From Octopus sinensis (Eukaryota), in the NCBI RefSeq assembly GCF_006345805.1, contig NC_043000.1:84072001-84136000 (forward strand): a stretch of DNA of 64,000 nucleotides, read 5' to 3'. This document shows positions 12,844 to 26,554 of the stretch, piece after piece. Numbering within the stretch: position 1 is the first letter of the stretch; every line of letters starts with the position of its first letter. The translations under genes and the position numbers were made by a program. The notes under the pieces are model-generated. The model was not told the DNA's origin. It ran no database searches and worked only from the letters and a program-made list of their open reading frames with translations.

Positions 12844-13634
12844 TATATTTATGTGTGTGTGTGTGTAGTGGGGGGATTATCTGCTTGGGGCATGGTATAT
12901 GTGTGTGAGAGTCTATGTGTATCGAAACTGGTGTTTACAAATGTATATATTGACAAATACTTTCAGATACATCCGTAAGTACATATATACAAAACTGAAA
13001 CTCCAACACATTTATTACCAAGAATAATAAAATTGATCATGTTGTTTCACTTGTTTTGAAAATCCGCCAAAATAATCGGTCATCGTATTATCTTTGTTTA
13101 CTTTTTACAATAAAACTTAGACGGTCTTTGATTAGATTGCTTTCATGTCCTTCCTGAAGATGACAGACAAAATAATATCATATAAAATTAACGAAACAAA
13201 ATAAGTTATTCTTAGAGATTTTCAGATAATGAAAACGAGTGAAAAACAAAACTTATTCGCTGAATGCAGTGAAACAATTTAGTAATTGGAAAAAAAGTAA
13301 TCATAAGCCAAAATGTTAGAAATAAATGTTAGAAATAAATGTATTATCTTTCTCAAACCATAGACCATCGACTTAAAAAAGATGAAGTGATCACGAATAA
13401 CATGCCTTTGGTGAAGATCGACTTGTGACTAAAGTCAGCAGCAACAACAGCAGCCGTCCAAGAATTTGGACCTGGAGATCTCCAGCGACTTCGAGGGCCA
13501 CCTACCAGTGGTGTCAGGCGTCAACGAAGAGCCCTCGACTACAACAAAACGACCAGTTTTTTTCCCAAGGTCTGGGGTCTCCCGCTCCTAAGCCCTAGAC
13601 CATCACCTAATCACCCTTACCCGTCTTGTTGCTT

Positions 13635-13668
<34 letters not shown>

Positions 13669-14632
13669 GCAATAACAAAAGTTGGAGCAGCACTAGCAAC
13701 AACAGTAGAGAACGAAGACCGCAATAACTGCGAGAATGAGGAAAGACATTTATTGAGATTTAATTGAATTGGTTGCTAATAGAAACATTCAGTTTTAATG
13801 AGATAACAAAAGACACTGTAAAGCCTAGCCTTAATAATATGCCACTAGCCACCAATCTCTACCATATTACATACCTGCCTGTCACATTCAGATTTAATTT
13901 CATTTAGATATTACCTTTCTCAATCTTTTATAATCTGCAGTCTTCTTCCTGATCTCATCTACACCTCATGCTATATGTGATATCACCATTGTGACAGCCT
14001 CGCAATGGGTTTTCCATTTCTGCCTTCAGCTGACGTTATTATAACAAATATGTCAGGAAAATGACATTGATTGTTATTGTTGTTATCGTCGTTGATTGCT
14101 GCTGGCAAATCCTGTTGAGTTGTTCTACGTTTGAAGCATTCCATCAATGAACAGCCCTCCTTATTTTCAGAAAATGTATCGAGAACTACAATCCAAATTT
14201 TGTCCCTCATTTTGTAATTTGCTTTTTGTCATTTAGCAGTTTTTCCTAGCAGGTCGAATAGCCAAGCTGAGGGTTTCATGTTGGTTCCATGACATTCGCT
14301 AATTATGACATATACTTGGTAGCTAAAATGTACTAAACAACTAAAGTAGAGCAAGATATATTTAAATGAAATGAAATGTTGAAAGATGTTGCTGGAGTAA
14401 AGAGAGGTAGAAACATGAAATACCTTAGAAATATTTACCTGAATTTCATCAAAATTAATTATAAAGTCAGTCTAAACTTCATAATTAATTCTTTTTTCTT
14501 TAGTTAATTAAATACAATGAAATAAGTTGCCTACAAACATACATTCTGTGCTATGATGAAACGTGTATAACGAAAACTTCCGAATCACTACGCAGAAGCA
14601 TGCGGAAAAACTTTTCTCTCTCTCTTACCGTC

Positions 14633-14633
<1 letters not shown>

Positions 14634-14663
<30 letters not shown>

Positions 14664-14872
14664 AAGAAGAAGAAGAAGAAGAAGAAGAAGAAGAGAAGAA
14701 GAAGAAGAAGAAGAAGAAGAAGAAGAAGAAGAAGAAAGAAGAAGAAGAAGAAGAAGAAAAGAAGAAGAAGAAGACGAAGAAGAAGAAGAAGAAGAAGAAG
14801 AAAAGAAGAAGAAGAAGAAGAAGAAGAGAAGAAGAAGAAGAAGAAGAAGAAGAAGAAGAAGAGAAGAAGAAA
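14634..14872 (+). repeat. (GAA)n purine tract
   Basis: Direct sequence. Confidence 0.95.
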
Positions 14873-16154
14873 ATAATTCGAAGCATCAGAATCTCCTGTA
14901 ACGGCAAAAAGCTTTTAACTTCGCCAATGAATATAAATTTTAGCAATACAGATTATTGCTATACTTCAATTTAAGGCAGCTAAATATCTTTCATAGCAAC
15001 AGAAACTTCCAGGAGATGCATCTCTCATTCTACGTTATTCAAAAATTCAAATGAAATCACGATAATTATTAATCTATAAGATAGTAAATTTATTTACTAT
15101 CTATCAGATAGTAAATAAATTTTACAATCGGAATAGAAAAAATACATTGCAAGGAATAATTGATTTGTAACGATCCCGATAGAAAAGAAATAATCAATTT
15201 GGAAGTTAATTTTTTTTTAATTCTGACAGGTCGTTGTTTGATTTCTGCTTGTAATTGACTTAGAACCAGAGATTCATAGCTCGAAATTTTCTAATATTCT
15301 TATAAATACCTTGCTACAGGTCACGTCTGTATAATAACAGTAAACTTCGTACAACATTTTTTCAAAGTCTTGCTCTTGAAGAAGTTTCACTATTAATTCA
15401 ACTACATGCTATGATGGCTTTTGAAATACAACACTGTCGGTGGTTTTATGAAATTACGATTGATATGCGAGCTGAAACGTATTTCAGATGCGTAATCGAT
15501 ATTAGAGTTGGAGGCATTTTCGTATTTACTTTTACTAAATAACTTTTTGCTATTGAAATCTTTACTAAGTCGATTACTTTGTAGAATGTATTTTCAATTT
15601 CTATTTCAAAATTTATTCACAATTTCATAATTCAATAATCGCAATGTAACTTAAATTGTTTTTCAGTTTTGGCAGATTGTTGATAGATTTATTTTTGCAA
15701 TTAACTCTTAGAACTAGATAATACCGATGTTCCTCATGCTCTGCTATTTGTTGCTACCACAGATCGACGGGTACATAATAGGTGTAACATGTATATCAAA
15801 TTCTTTCTTTTAGTTTCTTTTGCCATGAATTCAGTATTTTTAACATGATGCTTACAGAAATATTGTTATGTTCCGTAGGAATTATCACGTATAATACGAT
15901 TGATATGCTAGGTGAGAAAACTTTGGAATGTTTAATCGATATTGAGATATGTTCCTATATCCATTCTTTATAAAATATTTTTCTATTCAGATCAGGTCTT
16001 TACTAAGTCAGTTACTCTGTAGAACGCATTTTTCAAATCCTATTGCAGGATTCTCAACAATGATCCATGCTCTAAAATCGGCAACAAAAACCGCAGTGTA
16101 AAGGTTTCTGAAGCATCAACTCTATCATGTTATCTCCCTCTTTCTTTCTTTCCG

Positions 16155-16210
<56 letters not shown>

Positions 16211-16848
16211 CATACACACATATACATTCACATACATACACATACATACATACATACATACATACACGTGTGTGTGTGTGTGTGGTGTGTGTGTGTGTGT
16301 GCACACATGTTCAAAGTGCCACATACTGTTACTCACCAGCGAACATGTCTTTCATCCGTGTGATACTCATTAACTCTGCTATTATCACGGTTCGAGATTC
16401 TCTAAATGATGGATGATTAACATACTTAATATAATTAACATCAAAGATGCATAATTATGCCGAAATGATTAAGATAATTTTAGCCATTAAGCTACGAGTA
16501 AGTATTTATAATTGAAATCTTTTTGATGATTACATTAACTTTAACAAACATTAGTGTTGTTTTTCTTGCATAAGGTGTTTCAGAGCTAACTTCAGCGATT
16601 TCTTTATTTTAATATGTTGATATGCTGCACTTACATAAACACAATATTGAGTGCTTACACTTAGTCACATTTTGAGAACAATAGTGACGTTGGTTATAGG
16701 TTTACGACTAGCAGTCGCTGGCTTAGTGTGTGTGTGTATATATGCATACACGGTTATGAAAGTATGTATGTATATATGTAATGTATATATATAGTATATA
16801 TGTATATATGTATTTATGTATTATGTTTGTATATATATATATGTGTAC

Positions 16849-17174
16849 GAAGGCGCATAGCTCAGTGGTTAGTGCGTCGGATTCACAATCATGAAGTAGT
16901 GAGTTCAATTCCCGGACCGAGCTGAGTGTTGTGTTCTTGAGCAAGACACATTGCTCCAGTTCACTCTGCTGTAGAAATGAGTTGCGACGTCACTGGTGCC
17001 AAACTGTATTGGGCCTTTGTCTTTCTCTTGGATATCATCAGTGGCAAAAAGAGGGGAGCCTGCTATGCATGGGCAACTGCTGGTCTTCCATAAACAACCT
17101 TGCTCGGACTTGTACCTAAGAGGGTAACTTTTTAAGTGCAATCCCATGGTCATTCATGACCGAAGGGGTCTTTA
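16849..17174 (+). mobile_element. tRNA-derived SINE, family C
   Basis: tRNA-like head GGCGCATAGCTCAGTGGTTAG..GAGTTCAATTCCC followed by CORE-like GTGTTCTTGAGCAAGACAC; second copy at 56317. Confidence 0.8.
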
Positions 17175-17185
17175 TGTATGTTATG

Positions 17186-17298
17186 TTATTGTTCAGTTTA
17201 TTTCAAGATTTCTTGTCGATAGAGAAAGAATCGGTTTCTTACCTAGATCCAAGGCTTCTCCATTCGTATATCAACATCAAGAACAGGATACTTTTCTT
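17186..17298 (-). repeat. ~115-bp (TACA)n-associated unit
   Basis: Aligns to the reverse complement of 3994-4105. Confidence 0.75.
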
Positions 17299-17571
17299 TG
17301 TATGTATGTATGCATGTATGTATGTTTGTATGTTTGTATATATGTATGTATGTATGTTTGTATGTATGTAAGTATGTACAAATTTTCTTTATTCAGCTGT
17401 AATATTCTTTAGTGACACGTGTTTTGTTACAGGTGCAATTGTACACTTGTAAGATATGTTTTCATCCCCCACTCCGATTCCTGTAACATTCCTCATCAAA
17501 TATAGGGTAAAACACTCAAGTCTGTATGTATGTATGCATTATGTGTGTATGTATGTATATATGTATGTATG

Positions 17572-17605
<34 letters not shown>

Positions 17606-17667
17606 TGTATGTATGTATGTATGTATGTATGTATGTATGTATGCATGCATGCATGTATGTATGTATT

Positions 17668-18014
17668 AATTTAGGGTAAATCTTTACCGGCCACCTACTT
17701 AATAGAAATGTTGTAAAGGAAAATAATTTGCTTTAATCATCATCCTTTAAATCTTAAGGTCTTACGAATTTTTATTGCTCCAGATATTGTGATCATTTGT
17801 TGTATATGAAGTAAGGATTTGCATTCTCACCCCAAAATCCGAAGGTCAGTCATACTTTACTTCAGACAGGTTGGTAATATCCTGTTTCTCCAGTAATAAT
17901 AGCTATGAAGCTGAAAGTGTATCTTGGGCAAAGGATTTGCAAACTCCTGATCAATGGCCCATAGATCTCCTCTTTGTCTTGTATTTTTCTAATCATATTT
18001 GTATCCAGAGTGCA
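17668..18014 (-). mobile_element. 3' fragment of a related RLE retrotransposon in (TGTA)n
   Basis: CTLDTNMIRKIQDKEEIYGPLIRSLQILCPRYTFSFIAIITG aligns by eye with the 3381 peptide. Confidence 0.6.
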
Positions 18015-18032
18015 TGTATGTACGTATGTATG

Positions 18033-18066
<34 letters not shown>

Positions 18067-20377
18067 TGTATGTATGTTTGTGCGTGTGCGTGCGTGCGTG
18101 CATGTGTGTGTGTGTGTGTGTGTGTTTGTGTGTGCTTTTGTGTGTGTGTGTGTGTGTGTGTGTATGCGTGTGCGTACACTGAAGAAACGTGGCCTGTTGG
18201 TTAGTGTATTTGACTCACAATCATAACGTCAACTCCTTGACCGGGTGGCACTTTATACACACATCTAGCTACCGGTGCAGCTCTCTCTCCATCTGACTGC
18301 CACATTCTTGATGTTTTTCTTAGCCGAAAATTAGAGGAACGAATAGGTGTTTATATCTGCTCGCTATTTAAAACAATTAGCAAAAGCAGGGGTACATGCT
18401 ACCAAGCTACACTCGGTGTGTCTACAAACAACACACGAATTCGAGTTTCACTGGGAGTTGACTTTTATTTATTTTAATGTTTGTCGTTATACCTTTATTT
18501 TTCTAATGCTCTATTTCAAAATAATAAATAATAAATATTTCCCTTTAATCTCAGTTTGTGTTGAACACTCAGTTTTTTAAATAGTTAACATCTATGATTT
18601 GAAAACACTGTGTAACTATACGTTCTGTATTTTGTTATACATTTTATATTAATTTGTTTATGCAGTTTTGACGATGTCCAACACAGACACAAAGTCTCAC
18701 ATTTTATAGAGTGGAGTTTAGACAATTAATGAGAAAGTAATCTCTATAGGATTTGTACTAATATAATAATATAAAAATATATTTATAAAATATAAAAGGT
18801 ATATGATTCATATCTAAGATTAGTCTGCAGAATATAAATACTTTATTCTGAAATTATTTGTATAAAACAGTTAGGAAAAAATGAAATTTCTGTTGTCTAC
18901 ATCATATAAGAATTGCATCTGGGAGATGTGCCGCACAACTGTGCCTATAACGCATCAATTCGCGAAAAGCATTGAACAAAGAAATAGAATTTCTAGGCAA
19001 TACAATATATTATTCCGTATATTTCAATTATTGAGTCGGTGTCTACTCAAATATAGAGATTTGGGGAGCGATTGTCTTAAAGCAAAAATATTTGCATGCC
19101 GCTCCATATTCCAATTCCTAGATGGCAAAGAAGATATCGGCAGCGCGATATGGCTTCAACCAAAGTTTAGTGAAGGATAAAACTACATACATGGAAATGA
19201 ACAGAATCACCATTCATGAAAGTTTCAAAAAATGCATACATGATAAATGAACAATAAAACATTAGCTATATTAAAGCACCGTTATTACCTGCCTGTTTTC
19301 GGTAGCACTAATGGCCGTGTAAAATATGATAGACTTTTCTGTCACTCCTTGTATTTGAAGCAATGACATGTACTCTGCGTTAATATCTAAAAAGATATTT
19401 TAATCGAGAACTTCTGGCACCTAATTGCTTTGTAACAATAATCTAATGAGGAAAATCGCTAGACATTCTGAGGTAATATTCCCAGAAAATCCTGGAATTA
19501 TTCAATACATACAGCAAAATAAGGTACTTACAATAATGCAAAGCAAAACATGGGACGTGCATTTGATTTGAACTTACGATATATGTATGAGTTAATTGTC
19601 TGGTGCCTTATTCCCTCGTTAGTTTTGCATGTTACTCTTATTGGTTATCAGACACGGTTATCACAACAGAATATAGGCCTAAAGCAGAATATGCTTTACC
19701 AACATTTATACTTTTATAAATACACTTTGTACATTAGTGAATAGACTCCAAAATGCAAGAGGAAAACGTAGCAGTATGAAAAGAACAAGAACTATTCTGT
19801 ATACCATAGCGAAGTCGAACCAGGTTTGTTATCGAATCAATCTGTTAAAGTTGCCCTTAATGTTATTATTTTCAACTCTTGCTTCAAAGAGACATATTTT
19901 GTATGCAATGTCAATATCCCTGAGCACTGCATGCGTCTAAATGTTAAGTCTATTCTTCGTATAGATGTCAGATCAAAGACATCCGGAACAATTATTTTAT
20001 GGAGAATTTCGACTGAGTCAATGACTATAGTAGAAAGTTCGGCTGAGGTATAACAACGATGACTTCAGCATCAGTAATATCTTCAAAGTTACATCATCCA
20101 TGCGCTGCAGAGTAATGTACTTACGACAGACATAATGCGGAAAAGAAACTGCTACGAGTTTTAGATAAATAGAAATGATAAAAGGGAACGATATAATCTC
20201 ATGTAAATGGGAAAGTTCGCAAAGAGGGATTTTCCAGGGAAAGAAGAGGCAGCTTCGTTCCGTAAGAAAGGAGTAGTCACACATACGCACGAGCGCACAT
20301 ATATGCATACATACGCACATACATTCATACGTGCATATATACATACATAAATACATACATATATATATGTATGTATG

Positions 20378-20456
<79 letters not shown>

Positions 20457-21440
20457 AGCCTCTTAAATTTGTGGATTTAAAGGTTAAGCCATGTTACTCG
20501 AAAAAGTCATAAACAAAGCTAACGTATGGCGTAAAAATATTTCTAAAACTAGCTTTCCTTTCATCAATACAAAGACATTCGATAAGGAACATACTTTAAT
20601 GTCGGTTACGTAAATGGTCTTGTACACTCACATTAGAATATGATTGAGTATATATAAGATTAGTTAGTGATAATACAATATTTATGTAGAGAGGAATATG
20701 GAAGGTAATAACCAGTAAAATGATGAGATTTAGAATTAAGAACCACTAATAAGTATTGGTACAAGAATATGTAGTTTAAGTAAGGCAGAGAAGTGTCATT
20801 GTGAAATTATGGGAAGTGTGCATGAGGGCCGAATTACCAAAGCAGTGAAGAGGTTAGTAAGGAGGATAGCTTGTGTGTATGTATATTATTAAAATCTAAA
20901 ATGTAAGATATATAGTATAAATGTCAATTGAAAGTAAGCTTGGATTTTGTTGAAGCCATTTAATTTTCAGTTGAGTTGTCAGAAGCTTAACTCGGTCGTT
21001 GCCATTTTTTTCCAATTACATGTACACTTATAATTATTAGATATATTTGTGTCTTAAAGGCAACCTGCATTCCATTTTATTACATATCTCATAGTTTGTT
21101 GCTTATCAAATATTTTAAATGTTTTGATTTGCAGGATAACTCGTGTAAATTTATATATATTTTGCCAATATCTTGCGGAAAGATTTGCGCGATTCTCGAG
21201 TGCATTCACAGCTTGAAGCGCTTATTAAAGTATGCAATTATGATACCATTCGTGAAAGGATTATAGGATTGTTATTTGAGTGGGGTAGATAGAGATAATT
21301 AAAAACATAAATGTGAGCAGCTTTCTCTTGTTTACAGCCCAGCAGTAAAAACAAGAGATAAGAATGATGACAACACAATGAATTTCGTAACTTTGTTAGC
21401 CCAAACGAATTATGAATCACTGATATCAAAGTGTGTACGT

Positions 21441-21443
21441 ACA

Positions 21444-21522
<79 letters not shown>
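21441..21522. repeat. (CA)n microsatellite
   Basis: Direct sequence. Confidence 0.95.
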
Positions 21523-21531
<9 letters not shown>

Positions 21532-21589
21532 ACAAACCGCTTCTACATCATAACTGACTGTGGGTTAGTATTTGTCGATCATATTATGC

Positions 21590-22100
21590 CTTCTTTTATA
21601 TGGTTATCCACTTTTTTCGTTTTATCGACATTCGTCTCATTCGATGCTCGTTTTGTCCAAACCTTGTCTGTCCTTCTGCTGTCCTACAACATCCATTTTC
21701 TTTACCTTCGTCCGTTCTCTTACTCATTTATTTCTCTTTCATTGCATGTTACATCAAGATTTATATTTGTCCCTTTCTCTCGACGTGCTGCTTATTCCAT
21801 CTCTATCTTTGTGTTTCACCTCCGCAAACGATTGTTGGTGTTATGCATTAGTTTAGACTTTCACTTTTTATTCCAAACCTGATATTAATTTTCTCTGTGC
21901 TTTTCTCTTCTTTTCCTATTCTTTTGCGCCTTTTCTTTTACGTATTTCTACTTTTCTACGTTTTCAATTTCATTCCCGTCCACTATAACCAGTTTTGGTG
22001 CCACCTTATCATTTACCAGGACTTTTATTCTGCTGTTGTTCATTTTCAATCTGTAGCTCTTCATGCGGCGCATAATTTTCTCAGCATGTCATCTGTTATC
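21590..22100 (-). mobile_element. highly decayed RTE-like LINE fragment
   Basis: LKMNNSRIKVLVN..IVDGNEIENVEK*KY, CITPTIVCGGET and RRTDKVWTK resemble the RTE post-RT region. Confidence 0.45.
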
Positions 22101-22499
22101 AGTTAATCTGCGATGAAGTGGCTTCATACACACACATACACACATACACACATACACACATACATGCATACACACACGCACGCGCGCGCACACACACACA
22201 TGCACAGACACAGGCACTCACGTACTGCAACATATGTAGCATCATTAACCACCAGAAGCTAAAGCTGCACTGAAGCAGATTGGACAGAGGAAAGATTATG
22301 TGTCCAGACTGTCCTAGTGCACCACATATGATTCATATTTGTGTACTGGAGTGCGCGGTATGATTCTCAGTGCGGTGAAGGAATGACTTAACTGGAGTAA
22401 CATATCTGTGGGTTGACCTGTATATCTTCGGTAGAACTATTCGAATGACCGTGTAAAATATGAATGGCTCTTTTGGGAGAGTCACTGAAGACGTATGTG

Positions 22500-23380
22500 C
22501 TTCAAAATCCTGGGCTTGGTTAAAAAAGGGGTAATTAAAAAAGAAATCTAGTTATAGCAGCCCAAGGTCAAGTGATAAAAACAAACAACTTGAGAAAAAA
22601 TAAAGATGGCGAGAATGTGTCAGAAAAATATAGAGAATGTGGAACTTGGAACGGGACAGTGGCACACATAGTGGCAGAATGTTGGCAGAACCAGGTTGTA
22701 CAACCTGGCACAACCAGGTTGTAAACATTTAAAACTGGAAACTGTGTCAGAAATGGTGATATGAAGTTGGAAACATGGTACAATCATTGAGTCGAAAGAA
22801 ATGTAAGATTTTGTGGGACCTGCCTCTTCAAACGGACAAGAAGTTAGAAAGTAACAGACCAGATGTTACAAACATAGATAAGGAAAAGCGAAGTTGCTTA
22901 CTTATCGATCCGTCATACCTGATTGATTCCAGGGCCGTAAAGAAAGAGGATGAAAAGCAAAGAAAATAAAATCACTTAAAATTTGGAATAGGAAGAATTT
23001 GGAGCATGATAACAGTAAAAGTCGTGCCTATGATAATTGGTGCGTTGGGAACAGTAAGCCAAGTTATAGACAAATGACTGAAGGAGATTGAAAAATAATG
23101 CCTGGTAGAGCTCCAACAGAAAGTTTGAAATTATATCCCAGGAGAACCATGTCTCGGAGAAATCCAAAAGATTGTGCTGACATGTACTGCCCACATCCTT
23201 AGAAAATCCCTATAAATTTAAATGTATGAGTTTTATTACATGAAGATATTTCGCTACTGCCCCTGTCACTTCCCCTCCCCAAGCTTTCAGTTATACTTTA
23301 ACATCTCTTATCCTTCACTTGCCCTAGGACGCTGGGTGTGTCTCGGCGAGTGATTGTAACAAACATGCAGATTACAAGAA
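22500..23380 (+). mobile_element. R4/Dong-like retrotransposon 3' fragments (RLE domain)
   Basis: KILWDLPLQTDKKLESNRPDV..IDP..KKEDEK, VVPMIIGALGTV, then IQKIVLTCTAHILRKSL*; ends in (TAA)n. Confidence 0.8.
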
Positions 23381-23393
23381 AATAATAATAATC

Positions 23394-23464
<71 letters not shown>
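23381..23464. repeat. (TAA)n microsatellite
   Basis: Direct sequence. Confidence 0.95.
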
Positions 23465-23465
<1 letters not shown>

Positions 23466-23760
23466 GTACCGACAGGGCTCATATGGATACAAGGATCAAC
23501 TTCTAACCAATCGCATGATCCTTGAGAACTGTCATAACAAACGCGGAAATCTCAGGTCCACATGGATTGATTATAAGAAGGCGTTTGACAGCGTACTACA
23601 TTCATGGATCTTGAAAATCACTGTAAATCTTCAAAATTTCTCCTGTGATTTCAAGCTTCCTGAAGCACAACATATCAGTGTGAAATCCAAATCACCTATA
23701 ATAAAACTCTAATGGAGTACTGAAAACAAACACTATTGATATCAACTGTGGCATTTCAGG
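23465..23760 (+). mobile_element. R4/Dong-like RT fragment
   Basis: YRQGSYGYKDQLLTNRMILENC..WIDYKKAFDSVLHSWILK..INCGI. Confidence 0.85.
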
Positions 23761-23825
23761 TCATCCGTAAACAGAAAATGGTTCAATGATGGGCCTTTCT
23801 TCCGACATTATTATTATTCTTCCGA

Positions 23826-23874
<49 letters not shown>

Positions 23875-23875
23875 A

Positions 23876-24045
23876 TTCTTTCTACTAAAGGTACAAGGCC
23901 TGAAATTTTGGGCGAGGGGCTAGTCGATAGTGTCCCGAAAAAATGAAAGGCAAAGTCGACCTCGGCAGAATTTGATCTGAGAACGTAAAAACCGACGAAA
24001 TGCCGCTAAGCATTTTGCCCGGCGTGCTAACGATTCTGCCAGCTT
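23876..24045 (-). mobile_element. SINE family B
   Basis: Reverse complement of the family B consensus. Confidence 0.8.
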
Positions 24046-24054
24046 AATAATAAT

Positions 24055-24110
<56 letters not shown>

Positions 24111-24136
24111 TAACAATAATAATAATAATAATAATA

Positions 24137-24693
24137 AATGCCCTGATGCAGTACCAGGCAGTGGCTCTCATGACTTCTGATCTTAACTGATTGGAAGTGT
24201 TATCATGTACATTGTTTTGTCTTGGTATAAAAGATGGGCTACAGCAAATATTCTGCTCAATACCACAGATTTGCTTGTCAGTTGTTTGACCGTAACCAGT
24301 TGAGCATGTCTCTTAGTGGCTGACGATATGTGCATCTCTGATCACGAGCAGAAGTAGTGGGGGAGCATCATAGCCATGTGTTGAGAGGGATTCTTTGGGG
24401 TTTGAATAATTCACCTCTGGAAACATGGGTGGTTCTTTCAACATCCTTAAACAACCCTTATTCAGGGACCTTTTGAGCGGGATGGGCTACTCAACCTGAA
24501 GAAAATTCTAACTGGGCCCCACCTGCAAGGTCATGTGCTGTTTATCTTGATATGAGATCACCATGTCGCGCACATATGGTTGTGATGCATGTGCCTGGTG
24601 TACCTTTATCAGACGGGTAGTCATGATGGGTATATTGGGCTTCGTATATTTTACCCCAGTGTCACTTTGATGGCATGCTCTGCTCTCTCACTC
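24137..24693. repeat. ~560-bp non-coding island bounded by (TAA)n; probable interspersed element
   Basis: Sharp boundaries with (TAA)n on both sides; higher GC than flanks; no long ORF. Confidence 0.45.
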
Positions 24694-24736
<43 letters not shown>

Positions 24737-24743
24737 TTAATAA

Positions 24744-26139
24744 TGTCGGAAGAAAGGCCCATCATTGAACCATTTTCTGTTTATGGATGACCTGAAATTC
24801 AGAGACCATGGGTGAACCCGACTGTAGTGGGTATAGATATTTAGGGATTTTGGAGTTGGGTGGCATTCTAGACAGAGAAATGAAAGTCAAGGTTAGCGAG
24901 GCGTATCAAAAATGGGTGAAGATGGTGTTGAAATGCCAAAATATTTGATTACCGCAATGAATAAATGGGCAGTTGCGGTGATCAGATATAGTACGTCCAT
25001 CGTCAAATGGACTAAGGAAGAAATATCAACACTGGATAGAAGGATGAGAAAATTGATTAAGCTGCATGGGACGTTACACCCTAAAGCAAACGTAAACAGA
25101 CTGTATATGAAAAGAGAGAATGGTGGCAGAGGACGAATTAGTATAGACCATTGTATAAGGAGTGAAAGGAGAACGCTTGCCGAGTATTTGATAAATAGTG
25201 ATGAAGATCTGCTGCAATATGCCGCGAAAGATATGGGTATAAATGCAGATGAAATGATGGGCAAATAAGACTTTAACCAGAGAGCTGAGGAGAAGAGAAA
25301 AGAAGACCTTGAAATGAGAATGCAAGGACAGTTTGACAGGAATACACTAGACGTTAAGGATAATACAGCATCGTGGGCATGGCCTGAGCGAGGTGATTTG
25401 AAGCGTACCACTGAAAGCCTGATCATTGCTGCACAAGACCAGGCTCTCGCTACCAATTCAGTGAAGTATAACATCTATAAAACTTTTGACACCCAGAAAT
25501 GCAGACTCTGTGGAAAGAGCGTGGAAAATGTGACTCATTTGGTTAGTAGATATGAGAGCCTTGCGCAAAAAGAATACAAACGCCGCCACGATAAAGTGTG
25601 TGTGTATCTTCATTGACTCTTATGCCGTATATACCAATATGAAGTAACAGAGAACTGGTATGAGCATGTATCAAGTAAAGTTATGCAGGAGGATTGAAAA
25701 GTAATGATACTCTGGGACTATGATTTTCAGATGAATCGTGTTTGAACGCCGTTGGCCGGATATTGTCATATTGAATAAGAGAGACAAATACTGTCAGATC
25801 ATCGATGTAGCCATACCAAATGACATGAATATTGAGTAAAGAAGTTGAAAATATCACCAAATACTCCCAATTGAAAGTGGAAATGGCAAGACTGTATGGA
25901 ATGCGAGAGGGTAATGTAAGAGTGTTACCAGTGGTGATCGGAGCGTTGGACTCTATCCCATTGAAACTTCAAAACCTCTTAAGACAACTGGAAATCCCAT
26001 GCAAGATTGATGTCTTGCAAAAAGCAGCACTATTGGGCACAGCGCACATCTTAAGGAAAGTATTATCTCTTTGAGGGTCCTTGTGACTTGATAGATGACT
26101 AACGACTCCAGTGCATTTTTATCTACAGTGTTACGAAGA

Positions 26140-26140
<1 letters not shown>
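24744..26140 (+). mobile_element. 5'-truncated R4/Dong-like non-LTR retrotransposon
   Basis: NHFLFMDDLK, YRYLGI, LHPKANVNRLYMKRENGGRG, zinc-knuckle-like CRLC..HLVS, KRRHDKV, ILWDYDFQ, WPDIV..IIDVAIP, LQKAALLGTAHILRKVL; (TAA)n on both sides. Confidence 0.92.

Positions 26141-26229
<89 letters not shown>
26140..26229. repeat. (TAA)n microsatellite
   Basis: Direct sequence. Confidence 0.95.
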
Positions 26230-26430
26230 CCTTTCTACTATAGGTACAAGTCCTGAAATTTAGGGGAGTGGATGGTCGACTAGATCGATCCCAGTGTTTC
26301 ACTGGTACTTAATTTAATGACCCCGAAAGGACGAACAGAAAAGTCGACCCCAGCAGAATCTGAACCCAGAACATAAAGGCAGCCAAACATTTTACTCGGC
26401 ATGCAAACGATTCTGCCAGCTCACCGCCTT
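26229..26430 (-). mobile_element. SINE family B
   Basis: Reverse complement of family B. Confidence 0.8.
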
Positions 26431-26554
26431 AATAATAATAATAACAATGCTGCTGCAGATATGATTCTATAGAGTTTAACATTGAACATGCATATCTGTA
26501 GAAGCAATTCTGCATCAAGTAAATATCTCTTTTAAAATATGTGAAGTAGAAAAA

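Noticed and set aside
16849-16925. tRNA-like sequence (also at 56317, 47520-47585 and 62956)
   Set aside because: No complete cloverleaf; each continues into a shared repeat body, so they are SINE heads rather than tRNA genes.
18881-20260. Unique-looking region with short ORFs and splice-like motifs
   Set aside because: No recognisable protein motif or consistent exon frame on either strand.
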